Shown in pieces: positions 1-9,215 of a DNA stretch of 64,000 nt. The stretch lies in NCBI GenBank assembly GCA_963806225.1, contig CAWDXG010000004.1:1152001-1216000 (forward strand), given 5' to 3'. The position numbers and the translations under genes are program-made. Source of the DNA: an uncultured delta proteobacterium. GTDB taxonomy: Bacteria > Myxococcota_A > Polyangia > Polyangiales > Polyangiaceae. Numbering within the stretch: the stretch's first letter is position 1; each line of letters opens with the position of its first letter. The notes under the pieces were generated by a model. The model did not search any database. It saw nothing but the letters and a program-made list of their open reading frames with translations, and was not told the origin of the DNA.

Positions 1-2592
1 ATCGACACCTTCGTGATCGGATTTGCCGTGTCGAAGGTCACGGTGGGGGGCTCGGCCACGCCCGTCGACTGCAAGAAGCTCACGCAGGCCGATCTCGATC
101 CGAGCCAGTCGAGCGGCAGCCTGTGCTCGCAATACCCGGACAATTCCGCACTGCAGGCCTGCTGCACGCTGAGCCGTATCGCCTACAACGGCGGCACCGA
201 CCACGCGTATTTCGCCGACAATCTGGACGAGCTGCGCCTGGCGATGAGCGCCGTCCTGTCGCAGATCGCCACCAGCACGACCAGCCGCACGCTGCCGGTG
301 TTCGCCGCCAACAGCAACGTACGTGATGCGTTCGCCGGCTCGTACCGCTTCTACAGCTCCTTCCAGCCGCAGGCGTTCGACCTGTGGACCGGCGTGCTCG
401 AGCGCCAGCGCTACGTCTGCCAGAAGGACACCGGCACAGGCCAGATCAATCCGGTCGCGCAGACCATCGATCCGTCCAAGGGCGACGACTTCGTCGCCAA
501 CGTGAATTCCGCTCCCAAGTCTCGCGCGCTCTACACGGTGATTGCCGACGCGAACGCCGGCGCGCGCTACTCCCAGCACTCGATCCGCCCGGAGCTGACC
601 AGCGACCCGGACGGCATGGGGCAGTACAGCGGGGTCACCATCGGCAAGGATGCACCGCTCGCTTTCGACAACGACGTGCCGCCTGCCGCGATGAGCATCG
701 ACAGCACCACCTGCGCGGGCATGACCGCTACGCAGTGTCGTGACAAGTACATGAAGTGGGAGGTCGGCCTCGACAACGGCACCTCCTACACGCGCTGCAA
801 GAACGTGGGCACATCCGACTGCAACGTGGTCGGCGACATCTACCACTCGACGCCGCGTCTGGTGGGGCGGCCGGGCGAGTTCCTGCGCGACGAGAGCTAC
901 CAGGTCTTCGCCCAGGGCCAGGCGACCCGGCCGCTGGTGCTGTACACGTCCACGAACGACGGCTTCCTGCATGCCTTCAAGGTCGCGCCCGGCGACTCCA
1001 AGGACACCGACAAGGTCGACAAGAAGGAGAACAACGAGCTCTGGGCCTTCATGCCGCCGGCGGTGCTGCCCGATGTCCCCTCGCAGTATCCCGGCACGCA
1101 TCTGCCGCTGCTCGACGGTGCGCCCGTGATCAAGGACGTGGTCGCCATGGAGGACAGCAACAAGAAGCTGGTCCTGGAACGCACCCAGGACGGCGCGCGC
1201 AGCGGCACCACGACCTGGCGCACCATCCTGGTCCAGGGGTTCGGCGCGAACCGCGGCGGCTACTTCGCGCTGGACGTGACCGACCCCGTTCCCGACGCGA
1301 CGCACAACCCGAAGTTTTTGTGGCAGCTGACGACCGACGCCACCGGCAAGCCGCTGTTCGGAACCCGGAGCGGCACGCCGCTCATCACGACGCTATTCTT
1401 CGATCCCGACGGCAGCGGCGCGCGCGAAGTTCCGGTGGCCGTGCTGCCCGGCGGCGACGGACCCGGTCCGACGGGCGCCAAGTGCAACCGCGCGGATCCG
1501 ACTCCGACGCACGTGGACACGAACTATCCGCCGCGCTCGCAGATCAACTGCTATCCGGCCGCGGCAGGGCCCGCCCGTTCGCTGACCATCGTGCGGCTGG
1601 ACACCGGCGAGATCATCCGCACTTTCCGGCGAAGCACCGCGGACGCGCCTCCGGGGCTCGCAGCGCGCGTGATCGCGTCGCCGCTGGACTCGCCCATCAC
1701 GGGAACGCCGGTCGCGTTCCCGGGCGACACCGGCAGCATCGCCGATCGGGTCTTCGTGGGTGACCGCGACGGCACGCTGTGGCGGGTCGACCTGTCTTCC
1801 ACGAAACCGGACAACTGGAGCATGAAGCTGTTCTTCGACCCGTATTCGAGCGCATCCTACTCCGGCACGACGACGCCGTTCGAGGCGGGGCAACCCATCG
1901 ACACCGCGCCCGTGCTGTCGCTCGACGACCGCAACAACGTGACCGTCGCCTTCTCCACCGGCGATCAGGACGTTCTGACCGCGCCGCCGGAGATGACCAA
2001 CTACGTCGTGTCGCTGACCGAGCAGCTGGATTCGACGGGAGCAGCCTACGACTCCAAAGCCAACTGGTACACCACGCTCGCCGGTGGCGAGCGCGTGGCC
2101 GGCCCCATCACGCTGTTCAACGGCGTGCTCTATTTCTCGACCTTCCAGCCGACACCGGCAGGCAGCTCTGCCGTGTGCAGCGCCGGCACGAGCAAGGTGT
2201 GGGGCGTGGACTACATCATACCGAAGACTGCTTCCAAGCTGTCGGACGGTGGCAAGGAGCGCCTTCCCGAGAATCCCGGCGCGGCGTCGCTGAAGTACGT
2301 CCAGTATATCGACAACTCCAGCTCGCTCCTGTCGAGCAATGCGGTCATCTTCGGCGTCGGCGTGGCGCAGCTCCCGACCTGCATCGACGAGGCATCGGTC
2401 ACCGATCCCTACTTCGGCACGGGCAGCCACACCTCGGTCACGAGCGCCAATCCCGGCAAGTTCCAGTTGGTGATGGAGACCGGCAACAGCGGCACGTCGG
2501 TGCCGGGCGGCAAGTCGAAGGTCCTGACCATCGATCTGCCCACGCCCCCCAGCACACCGCACATCGATTCGTGGGCAGCCATCACCGAATAG
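1..2592 (+). CDS. pilY1: PilY1/PilC-type beta-propeller type IV pilus tip adhesin, 5'-truncated by the window edge
   Basis: Motifs GDIYHSTP, TNDGFLHAF, ELWAFMPP, WRTILV.G.G..GGYFALDVTDP and VGD..G.LWRVDLS are typical of PilY1 C-terminal propellers; frame is open from position 1. Confidence 0.85.
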   Translation: MDTFVIGFAVSKVTVGGSATPVDCKKLTQADLDPSQSSGSLCSQYPDNSALQACCTLSRIAYNGGTDHAYFADNLDELRLAMSAVLSQIATSTTSRTLPVFAANSNVRDAFAGSYRFYSSFQPQAFDLWTGVLERQRYVCQKDTGTGQINPVAQTIDPSKGDDFVANVNSAPKSRALYTVIADANAGARYSQHSIRPELTSDPDGMGQYSGVTIGKDAPLAFDNDVPPAAMSIDSTTCAGMTATQCRDKYMKWEVGLDNGTSYTRCKNVGTSDCNVVGDIYHSTPRLVGRPGEFLRDESYQVFAQGQATRPLVLYTSTNDGFLHAFKVAPGDSKDTDKVDKKENNELWAFMPPAVLPDVPSQYPGTHLPLLDGAPVIKDVVAMEDSNKKLVLERTQDGARSGTTTWRTILVQGFGANRGGYFALDVTDPVPDATHNPKFLWQLTTDATGKPLFGTRSGTPLITTLFFDPDGSGAREVPVAVLPGGDGPGPTGAKCNRADPTPTHVDTNYPPRSQINCYPAAAGPARSLTIVRLDTGEIIRTFRRSTADAPPGLAARVIASPLDSPITGTPVAFPGDTGSIADRVFVGDRDGTLWRVDLSSTKPDNWSMKLFFDPYSSASYSGTTTPFEAGQPIDTAPVLSLDDRNNVTVAFSTGDQDVLTAPPEMTNYVVSLTEQLDSTGAAYDSKANWYTTLAGGERVAGPITLFNGVLYFSTFQPTPAGSSAVCSAGTSKVWGVDYIIPKTASKLSDGGKERLPENPGAASLKYVQYIDNSSSLLSSNAVIFGVGVAQLPTCIDEASVTDPYFGTGSHTSVTSANPGKFQLVMETGNSGTSVPGGKSKVLTIDLPTPPSTPHIDSWAAITE

Positions 2593-3122
2593 TGTCGAGC
2601 AAGCTGGAAATGGGCGCCCTGGCGCTCGCGCTGGTGTTCGCGCCAGGCTGCCGCGCCAAGCAAGAGGTCGTGCCGGGCGAGCACGCATCTGCCTCGGCTG
2701 CAGCCTCGGCACGGCCGCCGGTCGACCACCTGGAACCGGGCGAGCTGACACCAGGCAAGGCCGTGGTGTTCGGGCTGCGGGTGCCGCGCAGCATGTCGGT
2801 CGACCGGCGCTACCCCGACGCGGCGCACATCAGCGGCAGCGTGACCCCGGAATCCGTCGCCAACTACGTGCGCAAGCGCGTCGTGGTGTCACGCGTGGAG
2901 ATCGGAGCGGCGCGCACGGTGTTTCCGGCGGTGAAGATCAAGGGCGGCGACCCGCAGAAGACGTACCGTATCGAGGTGATCGCCTCGCCGGGGCGCACCA
3001 AGCTGGTCATCCGCGACATCACGAAGCCGCCGATGACCCGCGGGCTCTCCGAGGCCGAGCGCTGGAAGCGCGCCGGTCTCACCCCGGACGGCAAGCCCCT
3101 CGACCCGAAGCACTTGCAGTAA
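2592..3122 (+). CDS. Hypothetical lipoprotein, translationally coupled to pilY1
   Basis: GTG at 2592 overlaps the pilY1 TAG (alternative ATG at 2610); hydrophobic stretch then lipobox-like FAPGC. Confidence 0.7.
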   Translation: MSSKLEMGALALALVFAPGCRAKQEVVPGEHASASAAASARPPVDHLEPGELTPGKAVVFGLRVPRSMSVDRRYPDAAHISGSVTPESVANYVRKRVVVSRVEIGAARTVFPAVKIKGGDPQKTYRIEVIASPGRTKLVIRDITKPPMTRGLSEAERWKRAGLTPDGKPLDPKHLQ

Positions 3123-3131
3123 CCTGCCGGG

Positions 3132-3893
3132 CTAGCGACCGGCTTCGTCCTCGAGCCTCACGGCTTCCAGCAGCAGCATGCCGATCGATCGCCGCGCGTC
3201 CGGCCCGGGATCGGAGACGTCCGCGGGGCGGAACCAGAGACGGCCTGTCTTCCACCCGACCACCTGACGGATGGCCGCGACCGCGTCGACCGGCTTGTCG
3301 TCGTCCAGCACGCTGACCAGGCCGCCGTCGAGAAGCCGGAACTCCAGCGTGCGCCCGCTCTCGTCGCGCACCTTGAGGTGCCCCGTCCGCCGCTCCATTT
3401 CCAGCAGCGTGAACACGGTCGACACGGACAGCTGCGCGAGATCGCCGCGGAACGCCGGACTGGACTTGGACGAGACCGGCCCGTGCATGAACGAATCGCG
3501 CTGGTCGCTCAGCCGATCGGCCATGTCGATCAGCGCGCCGACCTGCGCCACCACTTCCTCGTGCCGGAACGGCTTGGTGAGGTACATGTCGGCGCCGACG
3601 TTCAGGCCCTGCAGACGCGACGCCGTGTCATCGGCGCTGCTCAGGAACAGGAAGGGCGTGGTCGCGAGGCGCGACCGTTCCGTCCGGACCTTGCGCGCGA
3701 CCCAGAAACCGTCGATGTCGGGCAGCGACACGTCGCAGATGATGCAGTCCGGCAGCAGCTCGCAGGCCTTGTCGAACCCTTCCCGGGCCTCGACGGCGGT
3801 ATCCACGAGGTAGTCCGCGTCGCGCAGGAACTTCGCCAGCAGGGCGGAGACCCACTCGTCGTCTTCGATGATCAGCACGCGGCCCCGGGGCAC
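3132..3893 (-). CDS. Response regulator receiver domain plus DUF4388 (PatA-N-like) domain
   Basis: VLIIEDD, PDCIICDVSLPDIDG, FLSS, YLTKPF; C-terminal FRGDLAQLSV..LLEMERRTGHL...LLLEAVRLEDE. Confidence 0.85.
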   Translation of the reverse strand: MPRGRVLIIEDDEWVSALLAKFLRDADYLVDTAVEAREGFDKACELLPDCIICDVSLPDIDGFWVARKVRTERSRLATTPFLFLSSADDTASRLQGLNVGADMYLTKPFRHEEVVAQVGALIDMADRLSDQRDSFMHGPVSSKSSPAFRGDLAQLSVSTVFTLLEMERRTGHLKVRDESGRTLEFRLLDGGLVSVLDDDKPVDAVAAIRQVVGWKTGRLWFRPADVSDPGPDARRSIGMLLLEAVRLEDEAGR

Positions 3894-4003
3894 GAGGGAA
3901 ACGCTAGCACGACGGCGACACCGGGCCGAAATCCGGCAATTGTGGCTACCGTCCGACCACTCGGGCATTGTCCCGAGGCCGGCTTCACGCTAACCGACAG
4001 GGC

Positions 4004-5119
4004 GTGGCTACCGAACTGAAGCGCACGCCCCTCTACGAAGAGCACCGCCGCCTGGGCGCCCGGCTCGTCCCCTTCGCCGGCTGGGAGATGCCGGTGCAGT
4101 ACCAGGGTATCAGCGCCGAGCACCGCGCCGTGCGCGAGCACGCCGGACTCTTCGACGTGTCGCACATGGGCGAGCTGGAGCTCACCGGGGAGCACGCGGC
4201 GGCGGTGGTCGACTACCTGGTCACGAACGACCTCGGCCGGATCGCCGAGGGCCAGGCGATGTACACGTGCTGCTGCAACGAGCAGGGCACGATCCTCGAT
4301 GACCTCATCATCTACAAGCGCGCCCCGGACCGCGTGCTGGTCGTCTGCAACGCCTCGAACCGCGACAAGATATCGAAGCACTTCGCGAAGGCCGCCGACC
4401 AGCACTGCGATTTCAAAGACCTCAGTGACCAGACCGCGCTCATCGCGCTGCAGGGCCCGCGCGCGCTGTCGATCCTCGAGAAAGCCGGCTGCTCCATCAG
4501 CGGCGTCGCAGAAAACCTCGGCGCCTTCCGCTTCCAGGATGCGAAGGTCGCCGGCATCGACTGCACCGTGGCGCGTACCGGCTACACGGGCGAGGACGGC
4601 GTGGAGATGTTCGTGGCCTGGGACCGCGCCGCGGAGGTCTGGCGCGCCCTGATGGCCGCGGGCGAGCCGGACGGGATCTCGGCGGCCGGCCTCGGAGCCC
4701 GCGATACGCTGCGGCTGGAGGCGCGCCTCAGTCTGTACGGCAACGACATCGACGAGACCACGAACCCGATCGAGGCGGGGCTCGGCTGGACGGTGAAGCT
4801 CGACGCCGGCGACTTCGTCGGCCGCGACGCGATCCGCGGCATCAAGGAACAGGGCCCCACCCGCAAGCTGGTCGGCTTCGAGATGACCGGCCGCGGGATC
4901 GCCCGCCACGGCTACCCGCTGCTCGACCTCCAGGGCAAGCAGGTTGGCGTGTGCACCTCGGGGGGCCCGTCGCCGACGCTGGGCAGGAACATCGGTCTCG
5001 GCTACCTGCCCGTCGGCATGACGGCCGTCGGCACGGAATTCAAGGCGGATTGCCGCGGAAAACCCATCGACGCCGTGGTCGTCAAGACGCCATTTTACAA
5101 GCGTCCGAAGCCGGGCTAA
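4004..5119 (+). CDS. gcvT: Glycine cleavage system aminomethyltransferase T
   Basis: [51 protein letters not shown] start inferred. Confidence 0.96.
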   Translation: MATELKRTPLYEEHRRLGARLVPFAGWEMPVQYQGISAEHRAVREHAGLFDVSHMGELELTGEHAAAVVDYLVTNDLGRIAEGQAMYTCCCNEQGTILDDLIIYKRAPDRVLVVCNASNRDKISKHFAKAADQHCDFKDLSDQTALIALQGPRALSILEKAGCSISGVAENLGAFRFQDAKVAGIDCTVARTGYTGEDGVEMFVAWDRAAEVWRALMAAGEPDGISAAGLGARDTLRLEARLSLYGNDIDETTNPIEAGLGWTVKLDAGDFVGRDAIRGIKEQGPTRKLVGFEMTGRGIARHGYPLLDLQGKQVGVCTSGGPSPTLGRNIGLGYLPVGMTAVGTEFKADCRGKPIDAVVVKTPFYKRPKPG

Positions 5120-5193
5120 GCGAGCAGGCGCTGCTCGAGGAGCGCCAGGCCGGCCGGGACCGGTGCCCCCAGGAGTCGAACAGGAGCGAGGCA

Positions 5194-5598
5194 ATGAGCG
5201 GAGCCAAAGAGGTCAAGGACGACCGCAAGTACACCAAGGATCACGAATGGGCGCGTCGCGACGGCGACGAGCTCGTCGTCGGCATCACCGCTTTTGCGGT
5301 CGAGCAGCTCGGCGACATCACGCTGGTCGGCATCGACGCCAAGGTGGGTGATGCCGTGGAGGCGCACAAGACCTTCGGCACCATCGAGAGCGTCAAGACG
5401 CTGAGCGACCTGTTCGCACCCGTGAGCGGGAAGATCACGCGCATCAACGACGCGCTCGAGGACAACCCCGAGCTGGTCAACGACGACTGCTGGGACAAGG
5501 GCTGGATGGTCGCTATCAGCATCGACAAGCCCGAGGAAGAGGCCGAACTGCTCGACCCGGCGGCCTACAAGGAGCACATCGAACAGGCCGACCACTGA
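5194..5598 (+). CDS. gcvH: Glycine cleavage system H protein
   Basis: YTKDHEW, GITAFAVEQLGDI, lipoyl-lysine motif IESVKT, PELVN. Confidence 0.96.
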   Translation: MSGAKEVKDDRKYTKDHEWARRDGDELVVGITAFAVEQLGDITLVGIDAKVGDAVEAHKTFGTIESVKTLSDLFAPVSGKITRINDALEDNPELVNDDCWDKGWMVAISIDKPEEEAELLDPAAYKEHIEQADH

Positions 5599-6950
5599 TG
5601 CGATACCTGCCGCACACGCCCGAAGAGATCGCAGAGATGCTCGCGGTCGTGGGCACGAGCTCGGTGGACGAGCTGTTCTCCACGGTCCCCGAAGCGGCGC
5701 GCTTCGAGGGCCTGCTGGCCGTGCCAGCGGCGCTCGACGAGGCAGCGCTCATGAGCCACCTCGCCGAGCTCGGACGCAAGAACCGCGGCGCCGCGATGCT
5801 GTCGTTCCTGGGCGGTGGCATGTACGCCCACCACATCCCGCCCGCGGTGGATCAGCTGCTCCTGCGCAGCGAGCTGTACACGGCGTACACGCCCTACCAG
5901 CCCGAGGTGGCGCAGGGCACGCTGCAGATCATCTGGGAGTTCCAGACGATCGTCAGCGAGCTTTACGGCCTGCCACTCGCCAACGCCAGCATGTACGACG
6001 GCGCCAGCGCAGCGGCGGAGGCGGCGCAGATGGCCCAGCGGCTCACGCGGCGCGACAGGGTCGTGGTCAGCGGCTGCGTCCATCCCGACTACCGCAAGGT
6101 GATCCAGACGTACCTGAGCGGGCGCGGAGCCACCTACGTCGAGGTCCCGGTGAACGACAGCGGCGCCGCCGACGTGGCGGCACTCGACGCCGCGCTGGAC
6201 GACCAGACGGCGTGCGTCATGGTCGGCTATCCCGGCTTCTACGGCGCGCTGTCGGACATCGCGGCCACAGCCGGCATCGCCAAGCGCCACGGCGCGCTCA
6301 CCATCGCGGCCAACAGCGAGCCGTACGCGCTGGCCATCGCCGAGCCGCCCGGCGCGCTGGGCGCGGACATCGCCGTCGGCGAAGGCCAGCCGCTGGCCTG
6401 TCCGCCACAGTTCGGCGGCCCCGGCGTGGGGCTGTTCGCGTGCCGCGACGAGCGCAAGTACCTGCAGCAGATGCCCGGGCGCATCTGCGGAGAGACGGTG
6501 GACGTGAACGGCGAGCGCGGCTTCGTGCTCACGCTCGCGACGCGCGAGCAGCACATCCGCCGCGAGCGCGCGACCAGCAACATCTGCACGAACCAGGGGC
6601 TGATCGCCACGGCACTGGCGATCCGCGCCAGCATGCTCGGCAAGTCGGGCTTCGTGGAGGTCGCACGGCACTGCCTCGCCAAGGCCACCTATCTGCGCCG
6701 CCGCATCCTCGACCTGGAGGGCTTCGCACCCGGCTTCGCCGACGCGCCGTTCTTCAACGAATTTTCGATTCGCGTGCGTGGCGGCAATGCCGCACAGGTG
6801 TGCCAGAAGCTGGAGGCCGACGGCATCATCGCCGGTCTGGATCTTGGACGCATCGACGCGAAGCTGGGCGATCGGCTGCTCATCGCAGTCACCGAACAGC
6901 ACCGCCGCGAGGATCTGGAGCGCCTCGTCGCGGCGCTCGGCCGGGTGTAG
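5598..6950 (+). CDS. gcvPA: Glycine dehydrogenase (decarboxylating) subunit 1
   Basis: MRYLPHT, YTAYTPYQPEVAQGTLQ, ANASMYDGA, TREQHIRRERATSNICTNQ; 450 aa, the split-P size. Confidence 0.96.
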   Translation: MRYLPHTPEEIAEMLAVVGTSSVDELFSTVPEAARFEGLLAVPAALDEAALMSHLAELGRKNRGAAMLSFLGGGMYAHHIPPAVDQLLLRSELYTAYTPYQPEVAQGTLQIIWEFQTIVSELYGLPLANASMYDGASAAAEAAQMAQRLTRRDRVVVSGCVHPDYRKVIQTYLSGRGATYVEVPVNDSGAADVAALDAALDDQTACVMVGYPGFYGALSDIAATAGIAKRHGALTIAANSEPYALAIAEPPGALGADIAVGEGQPLACPPQFGGPGVGLFACRDERKYLQQMPGRICGETVDVNGERGFVLTLATREQHIRRERATSNICTNQGLIATALAIRASMLGKSGFVEVARHCLAKATYLRRRILDLEGFAPGFADAPFFNEFSIRVRGGNAAQVCQKLEADGIIAGLDLGRIDAKLGDRLLIAVTEQHRREDLERLVAALGRV

Positions 6951-6962
6951 CGCCCGTTGCGC

Positions 6963-8075
6963 TCAGCAGCCCTTGGCCGCCCCGACTGCCACCTGGCACT
7001 CGTTGTCGGCGTCGCTCGTCTTCTTGTCGGCCCGGAGTGCCGCTGCCGCGTCCAGGTGCTGGAGGCGACAGAGCATGGGTGTGCCCGAACCGTCGGAGTT
7101 GTAGAGCTCGCCCGGTCCCGCGCCCTGGATCGTCTTGTCGCACTGGCTCTGACACGTCGCGAGGTCACCGTATGTGCTCGTGAACGTGGAGTCGCAGGCC
7201 TTCTGCATTAGCAGGCAGTACGGCTCGCAGTTGTCCTTGCTGCACTGCCCGTCGCCACCGGGACCGGAGTGCGGACAGTGCGTGGCGGGGTCGGCCAGTG
7301 CGTTGAAGCTGTGAAAGTAGCGGCATCCAACCGTGTTCGTGCTCGCGTCGGCGAAGGTGCCCAGCGGCAAGTCGGCGCACACAGCCATGCACTCCGCCTG
7401 GGAGGCGTACTGCTGGAACTTGCCCGTACATGCGACCGTCACGGCGCGGCAGTAGTCCTCGCAGGTCGCCGCCGCGTTGCCGTTCTTGCAGTAGTCGGTC
7501 GACTGGAACTCGGCGTGCGGACAGTGCGTCGCTGGGTCCAGCGTCGCCGCGCCCAGATGCACCAGCCGGCACTCGACCGTATCGCCGCTGTGATCGGAGA
7601 CTGCGCTGAACCCCTTGTGGGAGGCCAGAGCGGCGCACTTGGCCTGGCAGTCCGGAACGATCGTGTACGCCGACGGGCAGATCTTCTCGAACAGCATGCA
7701 GTAGGCGTCGCAGGGGCTGCCGCAGGTGCCGTCGCCGCCTGGACCCGCAGCGGCACATTGTTCCGACGGCGCACTGGCAGCGGCCTTCGCGAAGCGCAAG
7801 CGGCACGCCACCGTGTTGGCGTTCGAGGGCTCGGTCGGGTCGCCGGGAGGTAGGTTCTTGCAGATCCCGAGACAGGTGTCCTTGCCGTAGACGGCGTTGT
7901 CGCCGGTGCAGTTCTTCTGCACGGCGTTGCAGTAGTCGACGCACAGCTGGCTCGCGGGCTGGTAGGTGCGGTCCTCGATACCGGCGATCGACTGGCAGCC
8001 AGTGGCGATTATCACGCCCACCAGCGCGACCATGACAACGCCGAGAGCGCGGGACCGGCGGCGGGAGCGCGGCAT
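6963..8075 (-). CDS. Cys-rich repeat lipoprotein (4 repeats of an approximately 8-Cys module)
   Basis: ATG overlaps the upstream TGA; lipobox IIATGC; repeats CxxYC-x6-C...C-x3-C...T.xCRxxH...HCxH.GPGG.G.C. Confidence 0.8.
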   Translation of the reverse strand: MPRSRRRSRALGVVMVALVGVIIATGCQSIAGIEDRTYQPASQLCVDYCNAVQKNCTGDNAVYGKDTCLGICKNLPPGDPTEPSNANTVACRLRFAKAAASAPSEQCAAAGPGGDGTCGSPCDAYCMLFEKICPSAYTIVPDCQAKCAALASHKGFSAVSDHSGDTVECRLVHLGAATLDPATHCPHAEFQSTDYCKNGNAAATCEDYCRAVTVACTGKFQQYASQAECMAVCADLPLGTFADASTNTVGCRYFHSFNALADPATHCPHSGPGGDGQCSKDNCEPYCLLMQKACDSTFTSTYGDLATCQSQCDKTIQGAGPGELYNSDGSGTPMLCRLQHLDAAAALRADKKTSDADNECQVAVGAAKGC

Positions 8076-9142
8076 CAGAAACGGCCTCCCAGACTCATCC
8101 CCGCGCCCGCGCGTCCCACGCTCGGCTGGAGCCGGAGGGCAGCGCTCTGTCCACTGGGCGCCGTGAGGTAGAGCACCACGCCCGTCGCCAGCACTGCAGC
8201 GCCGGCGCCGAAGGCGATGTTGGAGATGGTCGCGGCGCTCTTCGCGTCGTCCGTCAAGGTCACGCCCTCCGGGGAAGTGCACCGGTTGCCCGGGCAGAGG
8301 TCCTTCGCGTCGTTGTTCTTCTGGATGGCCTTGAGCCCGAAGAACGATCCGATCCCGATGCCGATGACGCCCGCGCCGCCCACGACAAGCCCCAGCGTAC
8401 GCTGCGTCGAACCGGTCGTTCCGGTGTCGGCCGGCGGAGGCGTGAGCGGCGCCGGCTCTGGCCGGGGCGCCGGAGCGGGAGTGGGCGGCTTGTCGGTGGG
8501 GGGCAGCTTTGCGGGCGCTGCGGGCGCGGTCTTCGAAAGCGGCGGGACCTTGACGGTCACGCGGTCCGCCTGATCGCCGACCTTCACCGACTTCTTCCAC
8601 GTGGCGTAGCCGGGAGCGCTGGCTTCGACGGTGATCATTCCGGGGTCCACCGGAATCGGTACGCCGAACAAGCCTGGACGCACGACCTCGGTGCCCCGTT
8701 TGATCTGGAGCCCGTCGATCGACCGCGTCTCGGGGGCCACCCCGATCGCGAGCCTCGACAGCTTCGACTCGAGCTTGTCGGCCCGGTCGCTACCAGCCTG
8801 CGCCCGGCCGGTCTGGCCTTCCGCACGCGCCTCGGACGCCGCTTCGCGGAAGGTGGCCCATGCGCTGGCAGTGCGTCCGCTCTTCGCGTAGCAGTCGCCC
8901 AGATACAGGAGCGTTCCGATGCCGGGATCGATGCGCTGACTCTGCTCCAGCCGCTTGCACGCCTCGGCGTAGTTGCCCTGGGCCAGGAGCTTGCGCCCCT
9001 GGTCGAACAGGGCTTCGGCCGCCGCCTTGTCGGACGCGCTGGTCTGGGCGACGGCACGGCTGCCCGAAAGCGCGATGCCGAACAAGAGCGGGCCGGCGAG
9101 CAGAACCGGGAATCTGCGGGTGAATGTGCGGGTGTGCCTCAT
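8075..9142 (-). CDS. Secreted TPR plus PEGA-like domain protein with C-terminal hydrophobic/beta-strand region
   Basis: Signal peptide; AEALFDQGR...YAEAC..LE.SQRIDPGIGTLLYLGDCY (TPR); PVDPG...VEASAPGY (PEGA); Pro-rich linker; ends GMSLGGRF. Confidence 0.8.
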   Translation of the reverse strand: MRHTRTFTRRFPVLLAGPLLFGIALSGSRAVAQTSASDKAAAEALFDQGRKLLAQGNYAEACKRLEQSQRIDPGIGTLLYLGDCYAKSGRTASAWATFREAASEARAEGQTGRAQAGSDRADKLESKLSRLAIGVAPETRSIDGLQIKRGTEVVRPGLFGVPIPVDPGMITVEASAPGYATWKKSVKVGDQADRVTVKVPPLSKTAPAAPAKLPPTDKPPTPAPAPRPEPAPLTPPPADTGTTGSTQRTLGLVVGGAGVIGIGIGSFFGLKAIQKNNDAKDLCPGNRCTSPEGVTLTDDAKSAATISNIAFGAGAAVLATGVVLYLTAPSGQSAALRLQPSVGRAGAGMSLGGRF

Positions 9143-9215
9143 GCGTGTCACTGCCGGTAGTTGGGGGTCGCTACCGGCTTATCAACAGCTGCCCCGCGCG
9201 ACCAGCATCGGAGTG

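Noticed and set aside
3894..4003. Glycine riboswitch upstream of gcvT
   Set aside because: The gap is only about 110 nt, is shared with a divergent promoter, and has no recognisable aptamer motifs
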